From assembly GCF_040938485.1 (NCBI RefSeq), contig NW_027270992.1, positions 3,100,001 through 3,164,000 on the forward strand: DNA of 64,000 bases. Reading direction: 5' to 3'. The DNA comes from Diadema antillarum. Lineage: Eukaryota. Position 1 is the stretch's first letter, and each line of letters starts with the position of its first letter. The notes under the pieces were generated by a model, which saw nothing but the letters and a program-made list of their open reading frames with translations, searched no databases and was not told the origin of the DNA. Below are positions 24,701 through 40,400 of this stretch, one piece after another. A program made the translations under genes and the position numbers.

Positions 24701-27211
24701 GTCATATATATATATATATATAGATATATATATATATATATATATACATGTATTGCCAAACTTTAACAAAATTAAATACACACAACCCAGTGAAGGTGAC
24801 CCCCGCCATTTATCGGCCCATTCTTTTGAGTAACTTGGCGAAATACGTGAAGAAGAAGCGACTTTCAGAAGGCCTCGAGAAAGAGTTCAAGGTATGAGGA
24901 CAAAAGAAGCCTTGCATGCTCATTCAAACAGCCTTCATTGTCATATTTTGTTCATTTGGCGCTTTGTCTCACTGTCATCGGCGATGTTTTCCATGTTATT
25001 CCTCATGTGTTTAAAAGGATGGTATACAATAGTTCTGATTGAGATAGGGATTCTATGTTTTAGCTTTTTGCGAGATAATCAGTAACCACTTAAGACAGGT
25101 TAAAGACCGGACAATTAATTCTAAAAGGATTCAAAGTTTAGTTGATTAAAATCGGTTTTAACATGGCTGAGATGTATATTCAAAAAGCAGAGGGTCCTAA
25201 TAAGAGGTGTATCCCACCTTGTATTAGGACCTCATTGTTTTGCTCTTTTTTTTTTAAATTTCTGGGCCATCGCAAAACCGATTTTCATCAAATTAACATT
25301 TTATTCTTCATAAAATTGTATGCTCCAATATATAAAGCTTTCTCATTCTTTCGCAAAAGGATAAAATATAAATCTCGATCTCCGTCAAACTATGTCCATC
25401 CCTTTCATCCGTTCTTTAAATGACTTATTTTTTCCGTTATAGTTTGAAGAAAACTGACATACTGTAAACTGGACTATTTGAACAAGATCGTGTATGAGAA
25501 AATGACCATGTGGCATACAGTGGATACGACTCAGGACTCCCAATCGGAGGACCTGAGTTGAATCCAGTCCAGTGCTTGCGGCCTTGGGCAAGATGTTTTT
25601 ACCCAAGATGTTCCTCTCGATCAGGGGGTGTATAAATGGGTACCTGGCAACGCTAGGGTAACGATAATGACAGGCCCTCTGGTAAAACAGTGTCAAGATT
25701 GAAGAGGCTACTCTTGATAAAGAAGATGACCACCAAACAAAAAATCTAGTACAATGCTTGTAGAGAATAATGTGCCAGACGACACTTACTTTGATTACAT
25801 ATAATATAATCGTGAGAAGAAAAAAAAGGAGTAACGATTATACACTTATGTACAGTAGATGATATTGCGGTTGTTTTATTGGTCTCGTTGATTGCTCCCC
25901 CGTTGTTACATTCCTTACTTTGTGGCAAGCATATAAACCGGTGCCCTTTTAAAAAATTAGTGCTGCAGCCCATGACACTGTCAAGCTCTGCAGTAACGGC
26001 GGAAACGTAGATCACAAGCAACACAATAGTAATGATGTGAAGATGTCACTACCTCACAAGTCACACTATCTTGTACAGAAACCATAAAAAAATAGTAACA
26101 CATCTAGGTAAAAATCAATTATGATTGTTGTTTTTTTAAGCATCAACAACTCGCGTAACCGCACAGGTAAATTCAACTGAGAAAGCAGCAGATGTAATTT
26201 TCATTACAATAGAACAGCAGAAAAAATACTGCTTCAAATTGATTATACTGGTAAAATACACTCAACTGAGGGTAAAAGTGTTTATATCAATAATTGCCGA
26301 AGTGTAAACTTGTTGTTGTTTTTGTTTTGGTTCATGCATGTTAGGATCTCTACAACGAAATCCCCGAAGAATGCGTAGCTTTCCTTCCACAGAACAAAAA
26401 GAAGAATCGCTACAAGAACATAGTCACATGTAAGTAAATTTCATTTTGCGTGTGATATAGAGTAAAAATATTAGCACATTAGCCGAAGAAGTTGCTTGCT
26501 GCAGATGTACGTGTAAATTATAAAGGTTATAATCACGTAATGGCCTCTTAATAAACAATAACATAATGTTAATTATAATCATGTTAATCATGTAAAAAAT
26601 GCAGTATCAACGTTGATATAAGTTAGCCTAATGACTCCTCTGACAACTTAAAGTTGGACGTTTATTTCTATGCATCAGAACGTCTATTTTCATACGAACG
26701 AGAAAACCTGCATCGTAACGTGCTTTATAAGTTAATTTTTAACTGTGTTTTTCATTTCGGTTTTTCACAAGTCGATGAGCACCGCGTAAAACTCAAGACA
26801 GAGTCAAACCAACCAGGAGCAGATTACATCAACGCTACGTTCTTCGATGTAAGTATAATATGGAGACTTGCCTTCTATCTATAATGAAAAGAAAGGAAAT
26901 TGTCTTTCTCTCATTCACGCTATCTAAGGGATATTTCAGCTTGCCATTTAAAGACGATACGACATATTAAATGTTATAAGACTACTCACAGATATGCATC
27001 ACAATATCAGCTGTGCCAGAGGTGTCGCTATAACCTTAAAACCAAAATCTGGAAGACATCGTAGATCATTTTGTATTGTTATGTCTTGTTTATTGGCCAG
27101 TAAGAAGCAAGTTTTCTTGTTTTTATTTTTTTTTACATCATTACATCGTATATTTACTAGTACACATTGATGCATGTCATATTATTCTCACTTGTATTTT
27201 GATTTGTCTGT

Positions 27212-27285
<74 letters not shown>

Positions 27286-28356
27286 AATACATATAAACAT
27301 ACAAATATACATACATACCTAACATTTATAAACCGCTATCATATATCTAAGCGCTGGGGAAAAACAAAGATAGAGAACAAGTGAAGAAGAAAACAATGAA
27401 TAAGGGCATCCACATATAACTACAGTACACAATCATATATAACGACAATTACAAATACTACTACTACTACTAACACAGATAACACTGCCTAAAGAGATAT
27501 GTTTTGAGGAGTGACTTAAATGAATCTAGTGTATTGGCTTGTCGGATGCTGACGGGGAGATTGTTTCATAGTTTAGGGGCAAGAGATATCTGTTATCTTT
27601 TGTTTTTCCTTTTTCCTTTCGTATTTTCCCTTTGCGCTTAGAAACATTGTGTCAAGCNNNNNNNNNNNNNNNNNNNNNNNNNNNNNNNNNNNNNNNNNNN
27701 NNNNNNNNNNNNNNNNNNNNNNNNNNNNNNNNNNNNNNNNNNNNNNNNNNNNNNNNNNNNNNNNNNNNNNNNNNNNNNNNNNNNNNNNNNNNNNNNNNNN
27801 NNNNNNNNNNNNNNNNNNNNNNNNNNNNNNNNNNNNNNNNNNNNNNNNNNNNNNNNNNNNNNNNNNNNNNNNNNNNNNNNNNNNNNNNNNNNNNNNNNNN
27901 NNNNNNNNNNNNNNNNNNNNNNNNNNNNNNNNNNNNNNNNNNNNNNNNNNNATCTAATAATAAAACGCGTGAAAAGAATACCTTGATTAATTGTCGAGAT
28001 TAAACGGTGAAGTCATCCAGCCATATTCATAAATAAAATTATTACAGATATTACAGCACCATTTGTTGTACCTGTTTTGTTGTTTGCAGGGACACCGGAA
28101 AAAGAAGGCCTACATAGCAACACAAGGTGATTTTTACTTTCGACGGACTAATGTGACTTTCATGCGTAAAAAGAATACATGATTATTGAAACGTAACGAA
28201 CGATCCTGCTGCATGAAATGCTCTTTTGAAGTGCTTAAAGAATGTGTGCCGTGATGTATAATGTATCGGAAAAATTCAAAGAGATTAGATATTATATTTG
28301 CACCTAGCACTTACAGACAGACAGAAACACCCACACACCCACACACACACACACTC

Positions 28357-28408
<52 letters not shown>

Positions 28409-31400
28409 TGTATATATGATATCTCCTGATGATTAAACAAAAAGTCATGTCGTTTTGATTATAGGGCCGAACACAGCGTCTTTGAATGACTTCTGGCAGA
28501 TGATCTATCAGCAGAATGTAGGGGCCATCGTCATGCTGACCAATCTTGTCGAAGACGGCAAGGTAGGAAGCCTCCTCACTGTGTATTCCCTCATTATTGA
28601 GTACTTCAAGGTGTTTAATCACAGTGGAGTTATTTACAGATAGAGACATGTGAGCAAATTGTAGAGAGGCATGTCTCACCGGAAACCTATAACGCAGCCG
28701 AATTTCCTCTTAAATCATCTCAAAATGAAAGAAATAGTGTACTTTAAATGTCACATGAGCAGTGACGTCATTGAGATGTGTAAGATGTTATTGCCATGAT
28801 TCTCTTTGGAAAAAAAAAGAGAAAAAGTAGTAGTTTCCGCCGTTAGTTTAAGCGGAGGAACATGCGTAATGGAGAGAAATCACCTTATGCTAAAATTTAG
28901 ACCAAGTAATGTCTTCAAAAGATAAATGCCATATGCATTTTCTCTTATATATCTTACGTAGTTTTACACTGTATCTGAAAGCTATAAATATTTACAAACT
29001 TGTTGTGAATTGTAGGTTTATTACTGTCCTACAATTTTGCAATGACCATATGGTGAGGTTGAAATACTGGAAAATGGTAGTATTTGTGTCATTAGTATTT
29101 ATATAATTTTCTTCCCGCATGCTTCATGAAACGTCTCCTGCATGTGACACTGATGGCGATTATCCATTTCCCCCTTGCTATGACATGTTCTGTAGGTTAA
29201 ATGCCTGCAGTACTGGCCTGAGGCTGACAGCAGCGAGAGGTACGGTGATATGTTCGTGACAAATAAAGAGGAAGAGAAGCACGCAGGTTTCGTCCATCGT
29301 CGACTGGAGTTGCGATTCGTATGTCATTTGCATGTTTGTTTCTATGCAAAGTGCATGATCGGTTTCGTAGTCAATCGACAGTATACAACACCAATTTACG
29401 TGTTGTTCATTGTAAAAAGAAATTAATAAACAAATTGTGAGCTATATGATAGCGAATGAAACTAAATCAAAATTAGAAACCGTGAAAACCTTTACATGGA
29501 GATTACCGAGAGACCATAATAGACATGAAAAATCACTGAGAAACTGTTGAGAGATCGCTGGGCGACTACTTGTATCATACTTCCAGAGAAATGCAATACA
29601 AGTCAGTGAATTGACACTTAGACTGTACCAACAGTAAATGAAGCATTGAAGTGACAAGCGTTTCACACCATTAAAACAGTCTGTTTTATTTTCGTTCTTG
29701 AACGCAAGTCCTTTATGTATTCACATGCTGAACGTGCCTATTAAGTTTATATAAACATAATAAGAAGTTCTCTTTTCTTTGTTGTTGTTGTTGTTGGTTT
29801 TGTTCTGCATTTGTTGTGGTCGTTGTTTTGTGGGTATTTTATTTCGGTACCATCACCAACCAGGGAGACGACGAAGAATCTCGATGGGTGAGTCAGTACC
29901 ACTACACGATTTGGCCTGACAAGAGAGAACCCGAGTGTTCTCAGCCTCTGATTGACTTACGAAACATCGTGAGAAACGCACACCCATCAGATGCTGGTCC
30001 GCTAGTGGTCCATTGCAGGTAAGTTTTGGAAGTACCATTACTATACTTCGTCAACACGTCACGGCTGGTTTTCTCGAAAGTGTGTGCAACTGAAACCTGA
30101 TTTTTAATTGATTGTGGATGGATTGACATAAAGATATCAATGCCTATAAAAAAGACCTCTAAGATAAGATGTTTGTGATCCGTCATCACGTTACTTTAAC
30201 AAAGTAGCAGGTATTATAGGGGGAAAATCCAGTCCAAAAATAAGTTAGTCTGATAAAAAAAGGGTAACATATTACGAGGTCAATGGTAAAATTTTGATCG
30301 AAATCGGGTGAAAAATAAGGAAGTTATGACATTTAGAAATTTCGCTATTTTTTCACGAAACAGTTCTTGAACGGTTGATATAAGTGTACAAATGGCACAG
30401 TAAGCATGTTACCCCCTCACAAGTTGCCGTGTAGTTGTATCCCCCGAACAGAGTTAGGAGGATACTATGGATCTGGCCTCGTTGCGCCGCGTCCGCGTCC
30501 GCCGCAGAGATTTTCTTGTAAGTGCTCTACTGGCTGCAGTTCTTCTTCGATCATCTTCAAATTTGACATGAAGGTGTATTATGGTAAGATGAAGAAGCCT
30601 ATTGTTTTTGGTGATGGCACCCTCGCTTGTTCCGTCCTTATACATGAAAAGGTAAATTTAACAGGGTCTGCTTGTGTGTGCGACGCTGGCCTTGTTTCTC
30701 GACAGGTTTTTTTTTTTTTTTTTCAAATTTGGTATGTAAATGTATCATAGTCAAATCTATACACCAATACCTATTGATAACGCTGCCCTCACTGTTCCAC
30801 CTTTTACAGGTTCAAAGGTCACCCTGATCATGTCAAAATTTGCAGAAGTGGTAATTTGTGCAAAAACTTGATTGTTACTCAATGAATTTTATTCAGACTT
30901 GCTAAGGAGATGTATGGGTGGTCATTCTACATGAAGGGCACAACAGTTTGTGGTGACGGCGCCCTCAATGTTCCGACTTGGATGCCAATGCACATTTGTT
31001 GTGTGTGCTCTATCAGCCCCATTTCTTATCAGATTTTCTTCAAATATGGCAAAAAGGTGCATTATAGTGAAATGAAGATGCCTATTCAACTTATTGTTTT
31101 TGGTGGTGGCGCCCTCGCTTGTTCCGTTTTTATACATGAAAAGGTAAATTTTACAGGGTCTGCTTGTGTGTGCGACGCTGGCCTCGTTTCTGGACCGATT
31201 TTTTTTTTCCAATTTGGTATGTAAATGTATCACAGTCAAATCTATACACCTACACATATTGATAATGCTGCTCTCACTGTTCCACCTTTTACAGGGTTAA
31301 AGGATATTTCCAGTTTTCCATCTAAACGCAATTATGCCCGAGGTTTAAAATTCAAATTCAAATTCAAAGTTTATTTCATTTTTCGACAAAACATATGTTT

Positions 31401-34400
31401 CACTTCTTTTGGTAACAGAGAATGAGGTAAATAGAACATAGTGAAGTGAAAAGACTGTACAGCACTTGAGGACCTATAGTAGTCATACATAGTATAGTAC
31501 AAAAGAAACAGAAGTGATCAAATTGAAGTACATGTATACCGTTGCATAAAGTGCGAAAAATGGAGGGACCCACTAAAAAGACAGAGCTTGTAGTGTGTGG
31601 GCCCCTCTGAAAAAGAACATCGATGGAAAGATAAATTGAATCATCTTAGATACAAAAAATAACAAAGTGGAAGAAGTCTGGAAGCCCACTGAAAATTAGA
31701 TTACCAGATATACACTTTCATAGATGTGAACAAACATGAAACAGGACTAGACAACAAGATAACTACTGAAGAAAAGGTTGTACAGGACAAAACGGGATGG
31801 ACAAGACTGACAAACTGAAGACAAAATAGCAGACAAGAATGCACAACAGAAACAGAACAACAGAAACAGCGATCTTCGGCAGAAGCATGCCAAGAGAAAC
31901 AGAAGGTAGTTGCGGGGAAAAAGTAATATTTTGACGCCTGAAGAAAAGACAAGGAAATAGAAAATAGAGGGACGTATGAACAGGAGTAACATACGGAAAG
32001 TCAACTTCAAGACGCTATGGGCAAAACGGCATAGATGACAACATTGCGAACATCCAGGAAAAAAATACATTGTACCATTAATTCTACGAAGAGGCATACA
32101 TGCCAACATTGCAAACATCCAGGGGAAAAAAATACCATTAATTCTACGAAGAGGGGACAGAGTGAGCAGGTCAGTATGTAAGAAAGAAGGCCAAATGGTT
32201 AATTCGGTATTGTAGATTCATACGATTGCAATAAAAAAAGACTTCAGTCTCCTCTTAAAAGAATATGATTATGGATGGAGCGTTTTTTATGTGATGATTC
32301 AAAGAATTCCAATAATTTGGGCCTACATAAATAAGTGTGTTTTTAGCAAAAATCGTTCTTAAAAGAGGTAAATGAAATTCATTGGAACGCCTAGTGGGAT
32401 ATTCATGAAATGATTGATTTTGAGGAACATAGAATAAAAAATAGACGGAAGCTAGTTATTACAATACTTGTACATAAACTGCCCTAAATCAAACAAAAAC
32501 AAATCTGTAATTTTTAAGAGCTTGTTGGAGGCAAACATATTTGTATGAGAACGCACAGGGGAATAACAAATAACACGGAGAGCTTTCTTTTGTAAAAGGA
32601 ACACTCTCTCTAGTAAGTTCTGATGCGTGTTGCCCCAAACTAATATTCCATAATTAAGATGAGGCAATATTATCGACGAATATAACATAAGTAATGATTT
32701 TTGTGGAATATGACATTTCAATCTATTTACAATGCGTATATTACGTGAAATTATATTGCAAACATTATCAACATGTGATTTCCAGGAAAGTTTGTCATCC
32801 ACAATTATACCAAAAAAATTGATATGTGAGATTCTTTGTAGGTGAGAGTCATCTAATACTATATTTGTACTTAAACTATCAACAGTATTACTAAAAAGCA
32901 TATATTTCGTTTTTTTTTGTGCATTAAGTGAAAGCCTATTGGCCCTGACCCAGTTTGTCACTTTTTTTCAATTCAATGTTAAGTTTATAAACGAGAAAAT
33001 CAATATCATTGTGGGCAAAAAATACATTAGTGTCATCTGCAAAACGAATAAAAGAGAGGTCGTCGGATACGCGACAGAAATCATTGATATAAATAATGAC
33101 CAATAACGGCCCTAAAAGACTTCCCTGTGGGACGCCACATTTAACTTCTCTGACAACGTAATCATTGTTTTTAATTGTAACAAATTGTTTTCTATCAACT
33201 AAATAGCTCTTGAACCACTCCAAGGCCTTCCCACGTATTCCATAATGCGATAACTTATAAAGTAAAATGTCATGATTGATAGTGTCGAAGGCCTTGGAGA
33301 AGTCCAAGAAAATACTAAATAAATGAGAATGGTTATCGATTGCGTGAACAAATCCTGGTATATCTAACTGATCACTATTCTGTAGTTATTCACCCAGGAA
33401 TAACATCATGTTTAAAACTTCAATGACAGAAACACTGAATTTCATCATTATTTTTTTGTACATGGTCAGTGGAAAATTGTGATGTTATGACATGGTGAGC
33501 TCACGCATTTGCATATTCATATCCACTGTAGAAGAATTGTTTTGCAGAAATTTCAAAACTTCAAAATGTCAGAACTTCCTCATCTTTCATCCGATTTCAG
33601 TCAATTTTTTTTTTTTTTTACCGTTGAACTTGTAAGATTTTACCCTTTTTAATCAGACTAACTTCTATTTGGACTGGATTTCCCCTTAAAGCGACTAACA
33701 CAGCTAGTACATTGCAGGCATTTCGTCATTACCATGAAAAGTTACTCTATCCATGTGGTATTCGCGTAATCATATCTCTAAGGTTCCTTCATTTCAGGTT
33801 CCTCTGATAGTTACGCGACTTGGATTACTTGCCTTATTTTCAATCCCATCCTGTGTGTTGTTGTTGTTTTTTTTTTCCTTGCAGTGCCGGAGTTGGCCGC
33901 ACGGGAACCTTCGTTACCATTGACGCAATGATGTCCATGATCGAACAGGAGAAGAAGGTTGACATCTTCAACTTTGTGAACAACATGAGGAAACGACGTT
34001 CATTCATGGTTCAGGTCGAGGTACGATAAGCACATCCTTATTCTTTTTTTTTTCAGATATGTAGTGTCATTATCCAGGTATCTGATTTATGTTTTCCACT
34101 GTCGATAAGTGGACATCAATATCATGGCATAGGTTTTGTCTGCAGTCGCCTTCTCGTGACTAAGACTTGATAGTGTCATCGAGGTTTTTTTACGTTTGTT
34201 TATCTTTTTTATTCAGTTACCTTTTTAATGATATGCATCAAATTTACGTGACTTCAGCCATTCAGAAGAGAGTCTTCGTACACGTTTTTAAACGTTTGTC
34301 TTGGATCGTGATATAATAAAAGCACTAATAATTATGTTCTTTTCTGTTGCTCTCATTTGCTCAGCTGAAAAGATTCCCAGAGATTGATTGATTCGAAAGC

Positions 34401-37400
34401 TGAAATAATGAATATTAGGCTTACATTACTTGTCCATGGGTAACGGTGGTCACCTTGAAATTTTGGCCATGTTTACGTTCCTCCTTGATAATGATAATAA
34501 TAATAATAGTGGCCTCTTATAAAGCGCTGAAGTCCATCAAGGATGATGCTCATGGCGCTCTTACATTACCAGTCCTCAGTTCTTCACAGCTTTGTCTTCT
34601 CTCTTCCGTATTGCAGTAAAAGATGTGGAAACATTCTTTCTTGATATATTAGTTAATCACTTTACTGTTACATTCATTGCAAATAATGTATGTAAACAGT
34701 AAGCTCATCATTATATGCTATGGCATGTTGACATTCAATCTTCCTATCTTTTCCAAAACTGCCGTGTCATTCACTCTACAGGCTCAATACGAGTTCATCT
34801 ACGAGACTCTGCTGCAATGGTCAGTGTGTCCAGTTATGACCTGTCAGTTGCTGGACATCGCAGTGGTCCGACCTCAGTGGCAAAAAACTGATCCTGCTTC
34901 TGGCAAGTCGGAGATTGCAAAACAGTTTGAGGTTAGCTTGAGATCGATTTATTTGTGCAAAATAATGCAGCATGGCAGTCTCCGACAAGCCTAAAACACA
35001 TTTCGTTTAATTCATTTCTAATAACAACATCGGGACAAGTTTGAATTTCATTTGCAATAGGCACTTTGAATCAAGTTTGAAATGAAAATACCCTTCTGTA
35101 CACGTTCAATGTCAATGCTGAAATTAATATTTGTTAACATAAGCAATGATATTGATATCGGTATTTCAATTATGTTTCTAAATCATTTTACTGAACTGAG
35201 CGGTATCGCGTAAATTGACGCACCGTGAATATCACGCATAGAATTTCAATGACGCATGGAATATAAAAGAATCAATGATATATTTTTCTTTATTTCTGAA
35301 TTTTCGTCATCACTGAATGCAGCTGCTGGACTACATCACATCAGATGGGACGAAATTGTCAAGTCCTGCTGGACTGAGATCAGAGAACATGAAAAAGAAC
35401 CGTTTTGCAGACAGGATGCCAGGTGTGTTCAACCAATTCAAACCATTCCTATTTTGTTAGATGCTGGGGATTTTTTGTTTTGTTTTGGCTTTTTTTTGGT
35501 CATTGAGTTGCCAGGTTATGCACGATATCAAACAAAGCTGTAATGATAACTGGGACTCGATCCTGCCGAAACTTATTTGACAACACTTTACCTACTGCAA
35601 CGCCATCATCATTGAACAAAAAAGGTTGTCACAACCAATAGCACAGGAGTGGGATATAGGATGCGATAGAATAAGCAAATCAATTGTGTCCCTCCGATTA
35701 CTCAGAATCTCATTACGCCACATAAGTTCGTGCGATTTACTCATGATGTCTTCCTCATACCAGGTGGAAAAAAAATTGTACCTGGCATCGGTGGGATTTT
35801 TTTATTATTATCATACCAGTAGACGATAGGCAGATGGGGTTCTATAAACATGATAAAGACACAATTTGCACACTTATAGGAACGCGATTATTACTTACAG
35901 TCTTGTTACTACATGTACTATATTAGACAACTCAAGACGATTGATGCAGATAATGCATCAGCTTTCGACCATTGTTTCAGGGAAAAGTAGAATTCTAACC
36001 GATTGCCAAGACTATGTACAGCTTCAAACCAGTTCAGGTTTATTCATCACATTTGACCGCCTATGACTCCTGTGGGTTTTTTTTTTCTACCTCACTTTTG
36101 TTTTCCATCCAGCGGATAAGTCACGGCCATATCTCATGATGGAGGGCGACTATCCAGGCGCGAACCAATACATCAACGCTTCCTTCTTCGATGTGAGCGT
36201 GATTAGATAGAATTCTAAGTAGAAGTAGATAAGAAATAAAAAATGAGCAGACTTAAAGTGCCCCATCATGTTATTCAGTTTAACTCTAAGATAATTATGC
36301 CAACTAGATTTACTTGTTGACCACTTAACTGATAAACACAAATTACAGACCAAGCTTTTGAGAAAAATCCATAATGTGATCTTTCTTTGCTCCGTCTTCA
36401 AAGCAAATAAGGCTGTGATGGTGTTTTGTTTTGTTTTTAATATTAACTTGTACCTCTCGTTCGAACTATTATAGTCCTGTATTCGAAATCCTGAGATGTT
36501 GTATAGTTTGTCTCTCCTGCCTATCTTTTTATTCTTTGTTATTTTTCTTATTTCTGTCCCATTCTTCTCTTCTTTTAAAACCCATTACTTTGTTCATTTT
36601 CACTGCCTATCACTGCTAGCTCTCTGTCAAAATCTTTTCAGTTCGAAGGTAAAACGAACGCCCACATATCTACCCAGTGCCCACTGCCGTCCACGATCAC
36701 TGACTTCTTACGTCTCGTGTGGGACTACGACTGTCGAACTGTTGTGCACCTCAATGAAATGGATAAGGTATTTAAAAAAAAGATTCTGATATCAATGTAT
36801 GATATTTGTAATGCATAATAGTTTGCATAAAGTTTGATTTTTTTTGTGGTTACAAAAGAGCCTCCATGAAACCGATGCCAATGGAATTACTTATTTGGCT
36901 ACTTTTGCCACCGCAGTAAATGCTGTAAAATACTGCTAGGATACTGCTGACTACCCTCGTTAGTCATTAGGCACTTAGGGTGCTATCAAAGTAGCTACAT
37001 ATTTTTGTTGTCTTTGTTGTTCCCTGCCCTCATGCTTGATTTTCCCTTTCAATGTTACGACCATGATTTTCTTCAAATATTATTTTGGTTTATTTCAGAC
37101 ATGTGGACAATATTGGCCTTCACACGGTAAAGACACCTACGGTTCATTTACCGTGGAGCTGCTTAAAGAACACAAAGACACAGACTTCATGACTAAACGG
37201 GTTCTGAACATCACTTCCACAAAGAAAAAGGTAAGTCTGCCTTCCGACACGAAAGGTTCATAGGAAAAGATACTGCATGGTGAGCAGTAAATTACAATTA
37301 TATTTTCATCAGAAGAAAAGAAGCAAAATATGTTTTGATACTGAGAGATAACTTTGAAAGATAGAGACTCGCTAGAGGTTCATAGAGATAAGATTTAAGT

Positions 37401-40400
37401 GACGATTATTGATGGCAAAGTTTACACTACAAGTTACCAGTATTACATATAGATGCTCGTAACGTTTACATTTACAATGATCGGTCATTAACTCAGTGTG
37501 GTCTATTCACTTCTCTTTCCATATTTCATGCCAATAACTACCACATTTTTTAATCAAATGCCATGAACTCAGATCTATTTTGTCTCTTTTTCTACTGTAT
37601 TCAATTGTTCGCGATATATGCCGTACCTTTTTGAAATTCCCTACTGGCCAAAGGGAATATATATGGACTACAGTGTATTGGAAGAATTCTTGACATTAGG
37701 TCGATGAATATTCCTCTTGTTATCTCTTGATACGTATAATTGTCGTGATATCTCTAGTGACAAGCCGTAACAGAATACTTAAACCGAATTGCATTGCAGC
37801 AGAAGGAAATCGACTTAACCTTCTCGATTTTGTACTAATTGCATCACCAACAAATGTACAGCTGTAGATGGATTCATATTTGCATCTTAGTTTTGAACAC
37901 CCTGCCTCAGTTTTCAGACATAATTTTCTGTGAAATTAAACCAAAAAGGAAACATCTTCTTGAGCTTAAACCTGTATTTGAATCGATCTTATATTTGTGT
38001 GTACCTTGTTTGTGTTTTCGTGACCTTTATTCCCACCTAAATATCAACACTTGGAAAAAAACAAACAAACAAACAAACAAACAAACAAACAAACAAAACA
38101 GGAGCACAAAAAGCGTTCAGCTTAATCTCTAAGCCTGAGTTGCATGTAGTTTCTAAGCTGCTCCGTATGTACATGTAATCCTGTAGTGTATTATTTTTCA
38201 TCCTGTAAAGTTGGTTTCCTCTTTTCTTGTTTTGGGGTTTCGTTTATTTGAGTGTTTGTTTATTTATCTATATATTTGTTTGTTTGTTTGGAACCATCAG
38301 GGAGCACATCGAGTCGATCAGTTTTACTATCACGGCTGGCCAGAAGACCAACCTGTGCCGAAGTCAAAGGGAAACTTTTGTCAATTCATCCTCAACGTTG
38401 ACGAAAAAAACGACTCTGAGCGACCTCTATTGATTGTGTGCATGTAGGTTTTTCGTTTGTTTGTTTGTTTTTTGATTGTTTGTTTGTTTGTTTGTTTGTT
38501 TGGTGGTTTGTGTTTTTTTTTTCTTTTTTTGGCTGTGCCATCGTTAAAAGGACATTCCAGTGAATCAAAATAATTCTACATCATGTAAATCAATTGATAG
38601 TGCCATGTATTTGTGAAATTTATAATGGTCCTTAAACAAATTATTTGATAAACCGCAAAACATAAGTTACACTGAACAAGGATGATGACGTAGGAGGCTC
38701 ATATATTCCAGTGATGTAGCAATGAACTTCATTACAACACCATTTGGTTAAGAAGCTTACCTGTTTAGAATTTATGTATACTTTCTTCTGCTGTTCTTCT
38801 TTGGGAGCACCGAACATGCATTCTTATGAAAAGCTGTTATGTCATTATCCTTGTTGACTGTGATTTGTTATGGGTTTTGAAAACATTCTTATTCCTTACC
38901 CCGATTACTATGAATTACATTACTCTGTGCCCTATTATGACCAATTTATAGATGTTTGAACAAAAGTCTGACAAATCATCCGGACGTCCCCCTTGATGGC
39001 CAACGCAGACCACGTATGACTGTTGACCGGAAGTTATCTCTATAAATTGCTATGAAATCTTATGACAGCCCGTTGTTATCACATGCCTGTAGGGGAAAAA
39101 AAAAGTATTTTACTGTCGTGTGTGCGCGTTTGTGTATTGGCTGTGTGTCTTGCCAATCACTCTGAAATGAATATCATGTACGCTTCTTTTTGTGTCATTT
39201 GCTGTGTTATTTGATTATGTGCTTCAGAGATGGAGTTGGAATGTCTGGCACCTTCCTGGCTGCCATGGCAACGATCAACAAAGTGAAGCAGGACAAGACG
39301 GTGGATATTTTCAGCGCGGTGAAACGTCTACGCAAGAACAGACCGGGCGTCGTGGATAGTTTGGTATGAAGTCGTTACAATCACAACACTAGTTTATAAA
39401 GCGTCAAAAAGGATAACACTGAATATTGTGCAAAGGGACCCTTCTCGATCCAGCCATACCTTCTTCCTTTTTTTTGACTCTGTCAGATACATGTCTTCAA
39501 ACTTGAGACACACTTTGTCATTGCCAATATGCTTAAACTATAACATCTTGCCTTGAATATGCATTTGTGCAAGTGGGTAAGGCCTGTTGGTCCCACGTTG
39601 GAGAGGATGGATCGAGGCTGGGGATGATGGGACTTCAGGCGAGGGGAGGGATAAAGTTTTGTTGAACGTAAGTCTGGTATGGTGGTGGTGATTTGTTTGT
39701 TGTAAAAAATGTGTGACATGTTTTTGTGCCACCAATATATTCCTCCCTTTCGTAATAAGACGAAATGACAATTCGTTACAAGAATATACTATCATTTTGA
39801 TGTTTNNNNNNNNNNNNNNNNNNNNNNNNNNNNNNNNNNNNNNNNNNNNNNNNNNNNNNNNNNNNNNNNNNNNNNNNNNNNNNNNNNNNNNNNNNNNNNN
39901 NNNNNNNNNNNNNNNNNNNNNNNNNNNNNNNNNNNNNNNNNNNNNNNNNNACCTTTTTAATCAGTGTGTGTGTCAATGCTTTTTAGTCCACAGAAGGCCT
40001 AATTAAGTTATGCTATGATTGCTATTACCTTCTTTGCAATTTTTCAGTTGAGCACCGTTTCAAAGCAATTAAGGTATAGGGACCTACCCCGATACTGTAA
40101 CCAGGAAAGCTCGACAAATCTCATTAAGTTTTTATCATAATCACCTTCGACCCGATCATAAAGACAGTGACATGCACCAATTATGCATAGTGACGCACTT
40201 GTTCCAGCAACAGCTCGAAATTAATGATGATTTAGTACGTCAACGTAGCTGTTCTAGAGCGTTTGTTTTGTTTTAAAAATATATTTCAATTTTGACGATG
40301 AGAATAGTGATCTGTCTCAACCACTTACTTTTCTCTCCTGCTCTTTTTGTTCTCCTTTCCAGGAACGCTACGAATTCTGTTTCGACGTTGTCGAGGCCTA

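Larger units (their letters stand above)
30215..33690. mobile_element. MITE split by nested insertions (arms about 30215-30408 and 33400-33690)
   Basis: GGGGAAAATCCAGTCCAAAAATAAGTTAGTCTGAT at left matches the reverse complement of ATCAGACTAACTTCTATTTGGACTGGATTTCCCC at right; similarity continues about 190 bp inward. Confidence 0.7.

Noticed and set aside
27632-28003. ORFs spanning N runs (also 18678-18941 and 39713-40006)
   Set aside because: Artefacts of assembly gaps.
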